Below are positions 47,597 to 61,726 of a stretch of DNA of 64,000 bases, one piece after another. The first letter of the stretch is position 1. Each line of letters begins with the position of its first letter. A model generated the notes under the pieces. The model was not told the origin of the DNA, did not search any database, and worked only from the letters and a program-made list of their open reading frames with translations. A program made the translations under genes and the position numbers. The stretch is from Schmidtea polychroa. Its lineage: Eukaryota. The DNA lies in contig CM097887.1 of NCBI GenBank assembly GCA_044892525.1, positions 107,114,397-107,178,396 on the forward strand, read 5' to 3'.

Positions 47597-49130
47597 ATGA
47601 ATTATAACAGAGAACCAAAACCACCAGTCAAAGCAAATCGACGACACCCATTGGCAACGTACAATTCCCAGACTCGAGTTGAAACTGAAGTATATAGTAC
47701 ATACAAAGAAGAGTACGTATACAGGTTCATCGGAACTACGGTCGCAGCAAAAATGAATCACCTCACCTCAAACTATTGGTATTATCCCAGGAGAGTGGAT
47801 ATTCCAAACGATTTCAAATTCGCAGGAGGGCCTCGAAAGCAAATGATGATAACGGTCTAAATAACCAAGGTAGATTAAAATTGGCGGAACTATGTAGAGA
47901 TTATGGTTCATGTCCGAAATTGGAAAGCATTTGGATCCATGCGATCAATAGGCCATTCACTGTGTTTATGGCGGGATTAGAGTTACCTGTTGAATTAGAA
48001 AAACAGTGTACTCTGGAGATATACCACGCTGATGGACGAGAACGGAATATTATGATCCAGGCAGCAGCAGTTGATACCATAATCGCAGTAGAAATCTTGG
48101 ATTTCAGGAAGCCATACTCTATAGTTAGCAAAAACGAGCCAACTTGGATTTACAATGTAAATAAAGTTGATATACAGCAGTGTAAATCATTTGTGAGGAA
48201 GAAGTTAACCAAAGCCGAGGAGGACGAGGCTACAATTTTCATATCGGCAGGTTTTGCCAAATCCCGAATCGAACTGAAGGAGACAATTATCCAAATCGCA
48301 ATTATGGATATGAGGGGAAATAATTTATTGAGTGCGGTAGTGACTCCCAGAGACCCTGTAAAACACTACCAAACGCACCAATACAAGTTAAAGGAACCTG
48401 ATATTAGAGGAAACCTCGACGAAGATGATTGTTATCCTCTGATAAGATCTGCGATAAGAAAATACTTGTAGGTATTTTGCTTAAAGATCTGATCTCGGTA
48501 GCCAATCTACCAGTGCAGCGGATACTGAGTATTCGTGACCTTTCTGCAAATAAACTATTGGAAACCAGAGGAGTCCCAATGATTCATGGTCATTACAGAT
48601 TGGGATTCCCGACGAAAACTTTCCTGCGTACAGTTCCCGGAGAACCAAGGAATTTAGTGGTCACCAATGAGGCACTGGCGATACGTGCGGTTTATTTACA
48701 TTTCAGAAACGAATGGTTAGACCATATCACGAAACCCCAGGAGGAATTCATTTCCGTAACTACAGCAGCGATAGTTGAGCAGGAAATGACGCAAAAGAGG
48801 AGATTACCCGAGCAACCATCTACATCAGGGCAACCCAAGCCTAAGAGAAAATCACCTGTGGACTTACCACCGCCTCCAGCTATATCTATTGGAGAAGAAG
48901 ATGAATATGAAACATGCGTTAGCGAAACGGAGACAGCAAAATCACCCAAACAATCATCGGGAGCTGCCTATCAGCCAAAGGATAAATCGGAAAATGCGGT
49001 CAGAAAAGAAAATCCAGAAGGAGGCAAGGTGAAAAAGATGTTAAAGAAAATATTACCCATAAAAAGACAATTTTTTCAAATTTGTCAGACTTCCCGCCAA
49101 CGGAAATTCTTCAACGATGTCTTATTTTAA
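47597..49130 (+). pseudogene. Unit 18 exonuclease-like gene with extra frameshift at 47857 (premature TAA 47858-47860)
   Basis: Same GGTCTAAAT lesion as unit 1. Confidence 0.72.
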
Positions 49131-49520
49131 AGCTCATTGCAATACCTTTCGAATGTGGTATAGAAATCCATATTATCAATATTATTGGTAAAGGTATTAT
49201 TATTTTTTCAAAATATTATTTTTTCAAGGTCATTTATATTTTCAAGGTCAATCATATTTTCAAGGTCATATTTTAAAATTTAAATTTTTAGAGTTCCCAC
49301 CAATGGAATTTATTGGCCGATGGCTAATTTTGAAGCCCACTGCAATACCTTTCGAATGACGTATAGATATTCATATTATCATTATTATTAATAAAGATAT
49401 TATTTTTTCAAAATATTATTTTTCAAGGTCGTTTATTTTTTCAAGGTTCAAAATCTGTTCAAAGCTACTGTTTTAGTCAATACGAACCAGATGAAATAAT
49501 CGGTTCCATCGCCAAAAGTG

Positions 49521-49768
49521 ATGCTCATCCTATTTGAATATATGCCTGAAAGATTGAAAGATTCAAGTTGAAAGACCTGAAATTAGAAGACAATCACAAG
49601 AAAATATTATCCGGACAATTGATGTCCGGACTGCAATACTTGCATAATTTGAATATCGCCCACTGCAATATCAATCCAAAAGACATTTTCGATGATATGG
49701 CAGAATTAAGATTAAAGATTTCAAACTTTGGAGGACGAATAATAAAATTGCGCTTATCGTCATATTAG
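49521..49768 (+). pseudogene. Kinase fragment copy
   Basis: Copy of 1760..2007. Confidence 0.8.
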
Positions 49769-49794
49769 AAAATGACCAGCGAGTCGAGAGATTA

Positions 49795-50262
49795 GTGCTC
49801 AACCATGCTTATCTAAGTAGAAGATGGACAATCAAACCAGATACCGTGACAAAGGCGAACATTTCGTATTTGGAATTTACGGAGAGAACCGGTTGGTATA
49901 TAATATATCAAGAAATAGTAAATCTAATACCTCCCACAAAAGGAGAACTAACTGGCAAAGAAGGAAAGGCTAGATTAGTGAGTATTCCTGGTTGTAAAGG
50001 AATAAAGGCTTTGAATTGGTTTAGTATCAGAAAGGTAGCGAGTGTAAACCAGCCCCGCATAAATAAATTAATTAATAATTGTAGAGTTCAAAATACGTTA
50101 AACGGGACAACGAGAGATAAAACCTCAACTTGGTTATTCTTAATCATGATAGGGGGAGTAATTTGCATGATTTTAATTTTGATATTAACCACCCTATGGA
50201 TGCTTAGATTAAATATGCGGGATATTCGTTATTGGGAAATTATTTACGAAACCGAGGTATAG
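49795..50262 (+). CDS. ORF3 TM ORF copy (I/N allele)
   Basis: Copy of 2034..2501. Confidence 0.45.
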   Translation: MLNHAYLSRRWTIKPDTVTKANISYLEFTERTGWYIIYQEIVNLIPPTKGELTGKEGKARLVSIPGCKGIKALNWFSIRKVASVNQPRINKLINNCRVQNTLNGTTRDKTSTWLFLIMIGGVICMILILILTTLWMLRLNMRDIRYWEIIYETEV

Positions 50263-50461
50263 GGGGAAAGTCTCACCATATACTAGGAAGTGTAAATATA
50301 TATTTTATCTATTTTATATGTTATTTATATTAGTATGTAAACTAATGTGGGCTCAAATGAGCATCGGTAAAATCAGACATCAGCGTATGTCGACTTTGGT
50401 TACCCTGCGAGGGTCTATCACGAAAGTGATAAAAGCTGTTAATTATTTTATTTTTAGAAAA

Positions 50462-51996
50462 ATGAATTATAACAGAGAACCAAAACCACCAGTCAAAGCA
50501 AATCGACGACACCCATTGGCAACGTACAATTCCCAGACTCGAGTTGAAACTGAAGTATATAGTACATACAAAGAAGAGTACGTATACAGGTTCATCGGAA
50601 CTACGGTCGCAGCAAAAATGAATCACCTCACCTCAAACTATTGGTATTATCCCAGGAGAGTGGATATTCCAAACGATTTCAAATTCGCAGGAGGGCCTCG
50701 AAAGCAAATGATGATAACGGTTATAAATAACCAAGGTAGATTAAAATTGGCGGAACTATGTAGAGATTATGGTTCATGTCCGAAATTGGAAAGCATTTGG
50801 ATCCATGCGATCAATAGGCCATTCACTGTGTTTATGGCGGGATTAGAGTTACCTGTTGAATTAGAAAAACAGTGTACTCTGGAGATATACCACGCTGATG
50901 GACGAGAACGGAATATTATGATCCAGGCAGCAGCAGTTGATACCATAATCGCAGTAGAAATCTTGGATTTCAGGAAGCCATACTCTATAGTTAGCAAAAA
51001 CGAGCCAACTTGGATTTACAATGTAAATAAAGTTGATATACAGCAGTGTAAATCATTTGTGAGGAAGAAGTTAACCAAAGCCGAGGAGGACGAGGCTACA
51101 ATTTTCATATCGGCAGGTTTTGCCAAATCCCGAATCGAACTGAAGGAGACAATTATCCAAATCGCAATTATGGATATGAGGGGAAATAATTTATTGAGTG
51201 CGGTAGTGACTCCCAGAGACCCTGTAAAACACTACCAAACGCACCAATACAAGTTAAAGGAACCTGATATTAGAGGAAACCTCGACGAAGATGATTGCTA
51301 TCCTCTGATAAGATCTGCGATAAGAAAATACTTGTAGGTATTTTGCTTAAAGATCTGATCTCGGTAGCCAATCTACCAGTGCAGCGGATACTGAGTATTC
51401 GTGACCTTTCTGCAAATAAACTATTGGAAACCAGAGGAGTCCCAATGATTCATGGTCATTACAGATTGGGATTCCCGACGAAAACTTTCCTGCGTACAGT
51501 TCCCGGAGAACCAAGGAATTTAGTGGTCACCAATGAGGCACTGGCGATACGTGCGGTTTATTTACATTTCAGAAACGAATGGTTAGACCATATCACGAAA
51601 CCCCAGGAGGAATTCATTTCCGTAACTACAGCAGCGATAGTTGAGCAGGAAATGACGCAAAAGAGGAGATTACCCGAGCAACCATCTACATCAGGGCAAC
51701 CCAAGCCTAAGAGAAAATCACCTGTGGACTTACCACCGCCTCCAGCTATATCTATTGGAGAAGAAGATGAATATGAAACATGCGTTAGCGAAACGGAGAC
51801 AGCAAAATCACCCAAACAATCATCGGGAGCTGCCTATCAGCCAAAGGATAAATCGGAAAATGCGGTCAGAAAAGAAAATCCAGAAGGAGGCAAGGTGAAA
51901 AAGATGTTAAAGAAAATATTACCCATAAAAAGACAATTTTTTCAAATTTGTCAGACTTCCCGCCAACGGAAATTCTTCAACGATGTCTTATTTTAA
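50462..51996 (+). CDS. Unit 19 exonuclease-like split gene (type A)
   Basis: Copy of 2701..4235. Confidence 0.72.
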
Positions 51997-52386
51997 AGCT
52001 CATTGCAATACCTTTCGAATGTGGTATAGAAATCCATATTATCAATATTATTGGTAAAGGTATTATTATTTTTTCAAAATATTATTTTTTCAAGGTCATT
52101 TATATTTTCAAGGTCAATCATATTTTCAAGGTCATATTTTAAAATTTAAATTTTTAGAGTTCCCACCAATGGAATTTATTGGCCGATGGCTAATTTTGAA
52201 GCCCACTGCAATACCTTTCGAATGACGTATAGATATTCATATTATCATTATTATTAATAAAGATATTATTTTTTCAAAATATTATTTTTCAAGGTCGTTT
52301 ATTTTTTCAAGGTTCAAAATCTGTTCAAAGCTACTGTTTTAGTCAATACGAACCAGATGAAATAATCGGTTCCATCGCCAAAAGTG

Positions 52387-52634
52387 ATGCTCATCCTATT
52401 TGAATATATGCCTGAAAGATTGAAAGATTCAAGTTGAAAGACCTGAAATTAGAAGACAATCACAAGAAAATATTATCCGGACAATTGATGTCCGGACTGC
52501 AATACTTGCATAATTTGAATATCGCCCACTGCAATATCAATCCAAAAGACATTTTCGATGATATGGCAGAATTAAGATTAAAGATTTCAAACTTTGGAGG
52601 ACGAATAATAAAATTGCGCTTATCGTCATATTAG
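52387..52634 (+). pseudogene. Kinase fragment copy
   Basis: Copy of 1760..2007. Confidence 0.8.
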
Positions 52635-52660
52635 AAAATGACCAGCGAGTCGAGAGATTA

Positions 52661-53128
52661 GTGCTCAACCATGCTTATCTAAGTAGAAGATGGACAATCA
52701 AACCAGATACCGTGACAAAGGCGAACATTTCGTATTTGGAATTTACGGAGAGAACCGGTTGGTATATAATATATCAAGAAATAGTAAATCTAATACCTCC
52801 CACAAAAGGAGAACTAACTGGCAAAGAAGGAAAGGCTAGATTAGTGAGTATTCCTGGTTGTAAAGGAATAAAGGCTTTGAATTGGTTTAGTATCAGAAAG
52901 GTAGCGAGTGTAAACCAGCCCCGCATAAATAAATTAATTAATAATTGTAGAGTTCAAAATACGTTAAACGGGACAACGAGAGATAAAACCTCAACTTGGT
53001 TATTCTTAATCATGATAGGGGGAGTAATTTGCATGATTTTAATTTTGATATTAACCACCCTATGGATGCTTAGATTAAATATGCGGGATATTCGTTATTG
53101 GGAAATTATTTACGAAACCGAGGTATAG
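52661..53128 (+). CDS. ORF3 TM ORF copy (I/N allele)
   Basis: Copy of 2034..2501. Confidence 0.45.
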   Translation: MLNHAYLSRRWTIKPDTVTKANISYLEFTERTGWYIIYQEIVNLIPPTKGELTGKEGKARLVSIPGCKGIKALNWFSIRKVASVNQPRINKLINNCRVQNTLNGTTRDKTSTWLFLIMIGGVICMILILILTTLWMLRLNMRDIRYWEIIYETEV

Positions 53129-53327
53129 GGGGAAAGTCTCACCATATACTAGGAAGTGTAAATATATATTTTATCTATTTTATATGTTATTTATATTAGT
53201 ATGTAAACTAATGTGGGCTCAAATGAGCATCGGTAAAATCAGACATCAGCGTATGTCGACTTTGGTTACCCTGCGAGGGTCTATCACGAAAGTGATAAAA
53301 GCTGTTAATTATTTTATTTTTAGAAAA

Positions 53328-54862
53328 ATGAATTATAACAGAGAACCAAAACCACCAGTCAAAGCAAATCGACGACACCCATTGGCAACGTACAATTCCC
53401 AGACTCGAGTTGAAACTGAAGTATATAGTACATACAAAGAAGAGTACGTATACAGGTTCATCGGAACTACGGTCGCAGCAAAAATGAATCACCTCACCTC
53501 AAACTATTGGTATTATCCCAGGAGAGTGGATATTCCAAACGATTTCAAATTCGCAGGAGGGCCTCGAAAGCAAATGATGATAACGGTTATAAATAACCAA
53601 GGTAGATTAAAATTGGCGGAACTATGTAGAGATTATGGTTCATGTCCGAAATTGGAAAGCATTTGGATCCATGCGATCAATAGGCCATTCACTGTGTTTA
53701 TGGCGGGATTAGAGTTACCTGTTGAATTAGAAAAACAGTGTACTCTGGAGATATACCACGCTGATGGACGAGAACGGAATATTATGATCCAGGCAGCAGC
53801 AGTTGATACCATAATCGCAGTAGAAATCTTGGATTTCAGGAAGCCATACTCTATAGTTAGCAAAAACGAGCCAACTTGGATTTACAATGTAAATAAAGTT
53901 GATATACAGCAGTGTAAATCATTTGTGAGGAAGAAGTTAACCAAAGCCGAGGAGGACGAGGCTACAATTTTCATATCGGCAGGTTTTGCCAAATCCCGAA
54001 TCGAACTGAAGGAGACAATTATCCAAATCGCAATTATGGATATGAGGGGAAATAATTTATTGAGTGCGGTAGTGACTCCCAGAGACCCTGTAAAACACTA
54101 CCAAACGCACCAATACAAGTTAAAGGAACCTGATATTAGAGGAAACCTCGACGAAGATGATTGCTATCCTCTGATAAGATCTGCGATAAGAAAATACTTG
54201 TAGGTATTTTGCTTAAAGATCTGATCTCGGTAGCCAATCTACCAGTGCAGCGGATACTGAGTATTCGTGACCTTTCTGCAAATAAACTATTGGAAACCAG
54301 AGGAGTCCCAATGATTCATGGTCATTACAGATTGGGATTCCCGACGAAAACTTTCCTGCGTACAGTTCCCGGAGAACCAAGGAATTTAGTGGTCACCAAT
54401 GAGGCACTGGCGATACGTGCGGTTTATTTACATTTCAGAAACGAATGGTTAGACCATATCACGAAACCCCAGGAGGAATTCATTTCCGTAACTACAGCAG
54501 CGATAGTTGAGCAGGAAATGACGCAAAAGAGGAGATTACCCGAGCAACCATCTACATCAGGGCAACCCAAGCCTAAGAGAAAATCACCTGTGGACTTACC
54601 ACCGCCTCCAGCTATATCTATTGGAGAAGAAGATGAATATGAAACATGCGTTAGCGAAACGGAGACAGCAAAATCACCCAAACAATCATCGGGAGCTGCC
54701 TATCAGCCAAAGGATAAATCGGAAAATGCGGTCAGAAAAGAAAATCCAGAAGGAGGCAAGGTGAAAAAGATGTTAAAGAAAATATTACCCATAAAAAGAC
54801 AATTTTTTCAAATTTGTCAGACTTCCCGCCAACGGAAATTCTTCAACGATGTCTTATTTTAA
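53328..54862 (+). CDS. Unit 20 exonuclease-like split gene (type A)
   Basis: Copy of 2701..4235. Confidence 0.72.
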
Positions 54863-55252
54863 AGCTCATTGCAATACCTTTCGAATGTGGTATAGAAATC
54901 CATATTATCAATATTATTGGTAAAGGTATTATTATTTTTTCAAAATATTATTCTTTCAAGGTCATTTATATTTTCAAGGTCAATCATATTTTCAAGGTCA
55001 TATTTTAAAATTTAAATTTTTAGAGTTCCCACCAATGGAATTTATTGGCCGATGGCTAATTTTGAAGCCCACTGCAATACCTTTCGAATGACGTATAGAT
55101 ATTCATATTATCATTATTATTAATAAAGATATTATTTTTTCAAAATATTATTTTTCAAGGTCGTTTATTTTTTCAAGGTTCAAAATCTGTTCAAAGCTAC
55201 TGTTTTAGTCAATACGAACCAGATGAAATAATCGGTTCCATCGCCAAAAGTG

Positions 55253-55500
55253 ATGCTCATCCTATTTGAATATATGCCTGAAAGATTGAAAGATTCAAGT
55301 TGAAAGACCTGAAATTAGAAGACAATCACAAGAAAATATTATCCGGACAATTGATGTCCGGACTGCAATACTTGCATAATTTGAATATCGCCCACTGCAA
55401 TATCAATCCAAAAGACATTTTCGATGATATGGCAGAATTAAGATTAAAGATTTCAAACTTTGGAGGACGAATAATAAAATTGCGCTTATCGTCATATTAG
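55253..55500 (+). pseudogene. Kinase fragment copy
   Basis: Copy of 1760..2007. Confidence 0.8.
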
Positions 55501-55526
55501 AAAATGACCAGCGAGTCGAGAGATTA

Positions 55527-55994
55527 GTGCTCAACCATGCTTATCTAAGTAGAAGATGGACAATCAAACCAGATACCGTGACAAAGGCGAACATTTCGTA
55601 TTTGGAATTTACGGAGAGAACCGGTTGGTATACAATATATCAAGAAATAGTAAATCTAATACCTCCCACAAAAGGAGAACTAACTGGCAAAGAAGGAAAG
55701 GCTAGATTAGTGAGTATTCCTGGTTGTAAAGGAATAAAGGCTTTGGATTGGTTTAGTATCAGAAAGGTAGCGAGTGTAAACCAGCCCCGCATAAATAAAT
55801 TAATTAATAATTGTAGAGTTCAAAATACGTTAAACGGGACAACGAGAGATAAAACCTCAACTTGGTTATTCTTAATCATGATAGGGGGAGTAATTTGCAT
55901 GATTTTAATTTTGATATTAACCACCCTATGGATGCTTAGATTAAATATGCGGGATATTCGTTATTGGGAAATTATTTACGAAACCGAGGTATAG
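55527..55994 (+). CDS. ORF3 TM ORF copy (T/D allele)
   Basis: Copy of 2034..2501. Confidence 0.45.
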   Translation: MLNHAYLSRRWTIKPDTVTKANISYLEFTERTGWYTIYQEIVNLIPPTKGELTGKEGKARLVSIPGCKGIKALDWFSIRKVASVNQPRINKLINNCRVQNTLNGTTRDKTSTWLFLIMIGGVICMILILILTTLWMLRLNMRDIRYWEIIYETEV

Positions 55995-56193
55995 GGGGAA
56001 AGTCTCACCATATACTAGGAAGTGTAAATATATATTTTATCTATTTTATATGTTATTTATATTAGTATGTAAACTAATGTGGGCTCAAATGAGCATCGGT
56101 AAAATCAGACATCAGCGTATGTCGACTTTGGTTACCCTGCGAGGGTCTATCACGAAAGTGATAAAAGCTGTTAATTATTTTATTTTTAGAAAA

Positions 56194-57728
56194 ATGAATT
56201 ATAACAGAGAACCAAAACCACCAGTCAAAGCAAATCGACGACACCCATTGGCAACGTACAATTCCCAGACTCGAGTTGAAACTGAAGTATATAGTACATA
56301 CAAAGAAGAGTACGTATACAGGTTCATCGGAACTACGGTCGCAGCAAAAATGAATCACCTCACCTCAAACTATTGGTATTATCCCAGGAGAGTGGATATT
56401 CCAAACGATTTCAAATTCGCAGGAGGGCCTCGAAAGCAAATGATGATAACGGTTATAAATAACCGAGGTAGATTAAAATTGGCGGAACTATGTAGAGATT
56501 ATGGTTCATGTCCGAAATTGGAAAGCATTTGGATCCATGCGATCAATAGGCCATTCACTGTGTTTATGGCGGGATTAGAGTTACCTGTTGAATTAGAAAA
56601 ACAGTGTACTCTGGAGATATACCACGCTGATGGACGAGAACGGAATATTATGATCCAGGCAGCAGCAGTTGATACCATAATCGCAGTAGAAATCTTGGAT
56701 TTCAGGAAGCCATACTCTATAGTTAGCAAAAACGAGCCAACTTGGATTTACAATGTAAATAAAGTTGATATACAGCAGTGTAAATCATTTGTGAGGAAGA
56801 AGTTAACCAAAGCCGAGGAGGACGAGGCTACAATTTTCATATCGGCAGGTTTTGCCAAATCCCGAATCGAACTGAAGGAGACAATTATCCAAATCGCAAT
56901 TATGGATATGAGGGGAAATAATTTATTGAGTGCGGTAGTGACTCCCAGAGACCCTGTAAAACACTACCAAACGCACCAATACAAGTTAAAGGAACCTGAT
57001 ATTAGAGGAAACCTCGACGAAGATGATTGTTATCCTCTGATAAGATCTGCGATAAGAAAATACTTGTAGGTATTTTGCTTAAAGATCTGATCTCGGTAGC
57101 CAATCTACCAGTGCAGCGGATACTGAGTATTCGTGACCTTTCTGCAAATAAACTATTGGAAACCAGAGGAGTCCCAATGATTCAAGGTCATTACAGATTG
57201 GGATTCCCGACGAAAACTTTCCTGCGTACAGTTCCCGGAGAACCAAGGAATTTAGTGGTCACCAATGAGGCACTGGCGATACGTGCGGTTTATTTACATT
57301 TCAGAAACGAATGGTTAGACCATATCACGAAACCCCAGGAGGAATTCATTTCCGTAACTACAGCAGCGATAGTTGAGCAGGAAATGACGCAAAAGAGGAG
57401 ATTACCCGAGCAACCATCTACATCAGGGCAACCCAAGCCTAAGAGAAAATCACCTGTGGACTTACCACCGCCTCCAGCTATATCTATTGGAGAAGAAGAT
57501 GAATATGAAACATGCGTTAGCGAAACGGAGACAGCAAAATCACCCAAACAATCATCGGGAGCTGCCTATCAGCCAAAGGATAAATCGGAAAATGCGGTCA
57601 GAAAAGAAAATCCAGAAGGAGGCAAGGTGAAAAAGATGTTAAAGAAAATATTACCCATAAAAAGACAATTTTTTCAAATTTGTCAGACTTCCCGCCAACG
57701 GAAATTCTTCAACGATGTCTTATTTTAA
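56194..57728 (+). CDS. Unit 21 exonuclease-like split gene (type D, Q>R; private H>Q)
   Basis: Copy of 2701..4235. Confidence 0.72.
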
Positions 57729-58118
57729 AGCTCATTGCAATACCTTTCGAATGTGGTATAGAAATCCATATTATCAATATTATTGGTAAAGGTATTATTA
57801 TTTTTTCAAAATATTATTCTTTCAAGGTCATTTATATTTTCAAGGTCAATCATATTTTCAAGGTCATATTTTAAAATTTAAATTTTTAGAGTTCCCACCA
57901 ATGGAATTTATTGGCCGATGGCTAATTTTGAAGCCCACTGCAATACCTTTCGAATGACGTATAGATATTCATATTATCATTATTATTAATAAAGATATTA
58001 TTTTTTCAAAATATTATTTTTCAAGGTCGTTTATTTTTTCAAGGTTCAAAATCTGTTCAAAGCTACTGTTTTAGTCAATACGAACCAGATGAAATAATCG
58101 GTTCCATCGCCAAAAGTG

Positions 58119-58366
58119 ATGCTCATCCTATTTGAATATATGCCTGAAAGATTGAAAGATTCAAGTTGAAAGACCTGAAATTAGAAGACAATCACAAGAA
58201 AATATTATCCGGACAATTGATGTCCGGACTGCAATACTTGCATAATTTGAATATCGCCCACTGCAATATCAATCCAAAAGACATTTTCGATGATATGGCA
58301 GAATTAAGATTAAAGATTTCAAACTTTGGAGGACGAATAATAAAATTGCGCTTATCGTCATATTAG
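58119..58366 (+). pseudogene. Kinase fragment copy
   Basis: Copy of 1760..2007. Confidence 0.8.
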
Positions 58367-58392
58367 AAAATGACCAGCGAGTCGAGAGATTA

Positions 58393-58860
58393 GTGCTCAA
58401 CCATGCTTATCTAAGTAGAAGATGGACAATCAAACCAGATACCGTGACAAAGGCGAACATTTCGTATTTGGAATTTACGGAGAGAACCGGTTGGTATACA
58501 ATATATCAAGAAATAGTAAATCTAATACCTCCCACAAAAGGAGAACTAACTGGCAAAGAAGGAAAGGCTAGATTAGTGAGTATTCCTGGTTGTAAAGGAA
58601 TAAAGGCTTTGGATTGGTTTAGTATCAGAAAGGTAGCGAGTGTAAACCAGCCCCGCATAAATAAATTAATTAATAATTGTAGAGTTCAAAATACGTTAAA
58701 CGGGACAACGAGAGATAAAACCTCAACTTGGTTATTCTTAATCATGATAGGGGGAGTAATTTGCATGATTTTAATTTTGATATTAACCACCCTATGGATG
58801 CTTAGATTAAATATGCGGGATATTCGTTATTGGGAAATTATTTACGAAACCGAGGTATAG
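58393..58860 (+). CDS. ORF3 TM ORF copy (T/D allele)
   Basis: Copy of 2034..2501. Confidence 0.45.
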   Translation: MLNHAYLSRRWTIKPDTVTKANISYLEFTERTGWYTIYQEIVNLIPPTKGELTGKEGKARLVSIPGCKGIKALDWFSIRKVASVNQPRINKLINNCRVQNTLNGTTRDKTSTWLFLIMIGGVICMILILILTTLWMLRLNMRDIRYWEIIYETEV

Positions 58861-59059
58861 GGGGAAAGTCTCACCATATACTAGGAAGTGTAAATATATA
58901 TTTTATCTATTTTATATGTTATTTATATTAGTATGTAAACTAATGTGGGCTCAAATGAGCATCGGTAAAATCAGACATCAGCGTATGTCGACTTTGGTTA
59001 CCCTGCGAGGGTCTATCACGAAAGTGATAAAAGCTGTTAATTATTTTATTTTTAGAAAA

Positions 59060-60594
59060 ATGAATTATAACAGAGAACCAAAACCACCAGTCAAAGCAAA
59101 TCGACGACACCCATTGGCAACGTACAATTCCCAGACTCGAGTTGAAACTGAAGTATATAGTACATACAAAGAAGAGTACGTATACAGGTTCATCGGAACT
59201 ACGGTCGCAGCAAAAATGAATCACCTCACCTCAAACTATTGGTATTATCCCAGGAGAGTGGATATTCCAAACGATTTCAAATTCGCAGGAGGGCCTCGAA
59301 AGCAAATGATGATAACGGTTATAAATAACCGAGGTAGATTAAAATTGGCGGAACTATGTAGAGATTATGGTTCATGTCCGAAATTGGAAAGCATTTGGAT
59401 CCATGCGATCAATAGGCCATTCACTGTGTTTATGGCGGGATTAGAGTTACCTGTTGAATTAGAAAAACAGTGTACTCTGGAGATATACCACGCTGATGGA
59501 CGAGAACGGAATATTATGATCCAGGCAGCAGCAGTTGATACCATAATCGCAGTAGAAATCTTGGATTTCAGGAAGCCATACTCTATAGTTAGCAAAAACG
59601 AGCCAACTTGGATTTACAATGTAAATAAAGTTGATATACAGCAGTGTAAATCATTTGTGAGGAAGAAGTTAACCAAAGCCGAGGAGGACGAGGCTACAAT
59701 TTTCATATCGGCAGGTTTTGCCAAATCCCGAATCGAACTGAAGGAGACAATTATCCAAATCGCAATTATGGATATGAGGGGAAATAATTTATTGAGTGCG
59801 GTAGTGACTCCCAGAGACCCTGTAAAACACTACCAAACGCACCAATACAAGTTAAAGGAACCTGATATTAGAGGAAACCTCGACGAAGATGATTGTTATC
59901 CTCTGATAAGATCTGCGATAAGAAAATACTTGTAGGTATTTTGCTTAAAGATCTGATCTCGGTAGCCAATCTACCAGTGCAGCGGATACTGAGTATTCGT
60001 GACCTTTCTGCAAATAAACTATTGGAAACCAGAGGAGTCCCAATGATTCATGGTCATTACAGATTGGGATTCCCGACGAAAACTTTCCTGCGTACAGTTC
60101 CCGGAGAACCAAGGAATTTAGTGGTCACCAATGAGGCACTGGCGATACGTGCGGTTTATTTACATTTCAGAAACGAATGGTTAGACCATATCACGAAACC
60201 CCAGGAGGAATTCATTTCCGTAACTACAGCAGCGATAGTTGAGCAGGAAATGACGCAAAAGAGGAGATTACCCGAGCAACCATCTACATCAGGGCAACCC
60301 AAGCCTAAGAGAAAATCACCTGTGGACTTACCACCGCCTCCAGCTATATCTATTGGAGAAGAAGATGAATATGAAACATGCGTTAGCGAAACGGAGACAG
60401 CAAAATCACCCAAACAATCATCGGGAGCTGCCTATCAGCCAAAGGATAAATCGGAAAATGCGGTCAGAAAAGAAAATCCAGAAGGAGGCAAGGTGAAAAA
60501 GATGTTAAAGAAAATATTACCCATAAAAAGACAATTTTTTCAAGTTTGTCAGACTTCCCGCCAACGGAAATTCTTCAACGATGTCTTATTTTAA
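59060..60594 (+). CDS. Unit 22 exonuclease-like split gene (type D)
   Basis: Copy of 2701..4235. Confidence 0.72.
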
Positions 60595-60984
60595 AGCTCA
60601 TTGCAATACCTTTCGAATGTGGTATAGAAATCCATATTATCAATATTATTGGTAAAGGTATTATTATTTTTTCAAAATATTATTTTTTCAAGGTCATTTA
60701 TATTTTCAAGGTCAATCATATTTTCAAGGTCATATTTTAAAATTTAAATTTTTAGAGTTCCCACCAATGGAATTTATTGGCCGATGGCTAATTTTGAAGC
60801 CCACTGCAATACCTTTCGAATGACGTATAGATATTCATATTATCATTATTATTAATAAAGATATTATTTTTTCAAAATATTATTTTTCAAGGTCGTTTAT
60901 TTTTTCAAGGTTCAAAATCTGTTCAAAGCTACTGTTTTAGTCAATACGAACCAGATGAAATAATCGGTTCCATCGCCAAAAGTG

Positions 60985-61232
60985 ATGCTCATCCTATTTG
61001 AATATATGCCTGAAAGATTGAAAGATTCAAGTTGAAAGACCTGAAATTAGAAGACAATCACAAGAAAATATTATCCGGACAATTGATGTCCGGACTGCAA
61101 TACTTGCATAATTTGAATATCGCCCACTGCAATATCAATCCAAAAGACATTTTCGATGATATGGCAGAATTAAGATTAAAGATTTCAAACTTTGGAGGAC
61201 GAATAATAAAATTGCGCTTATCGTCATATTAG
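60985..61232 (+). pseudogene. Kinase fragment copy
   Basis: Copy of 1760..2007. Confidence 0.8.
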
Positions 61233-61258
61233 AAAATGACCAGCGAGTCGAGAGATTA

Positions 61259-61726
61259 GTGCTCAACCATGCTTATCTAAGTAGAAGATGGACAATCAAA
61301 CCAGATACCGTGACAAAGGCGAACATTTCGTATTTGGAATTTACGGAGAGAACCGGTTGGTATACAATATATCAAGAAATAGTAAATCTAATACCTCCCA
61401 CAAAAGGAGAACTAACTGGCAAAGAAGGAAAGGCTAGATTAGTGAGTATTCCTGGTTGTAAAGGAATAAAGGCTTTGGATTGGTTTAGTATCAGAAAGGT
61501 AGCGAGTGTAAACCAGCCCCGCATAAATAAATTAATTAATAATTGTAGAGTTCAAAATACGTTAAACGGGACAACGAGAGATAAAACCTCAACTTGGTTA
61601 TTCTTAATCATGATAGGGGGAGTAATTTGCATGATTTTAATTTTGATATTAACCACCCTATGGATGCTTAGATTAAATATGCGGGATATTCGTTATTGGG
61701 AAATTATTTACGAAACCGAGGTATAG
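61259..61726 (+). CDS. ORF3 TM ORF copy (T/D allele)
   Basis: Copy of 2034..2501. Confidence 0.45.
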   Translation: MLNHAYLSRRWTIKPDTVTKANISYLEFTERTGWYTIYQEIVNLIPPTKGELTGKEGKARLVSIPGCKGIKALDWFSIRKVASVNQPRINKLINNCRVQNTLNGTTRDKTSTWLFLIMIGGVICMILILILTTLWMLRLNMRDIRYWEIIYETEV

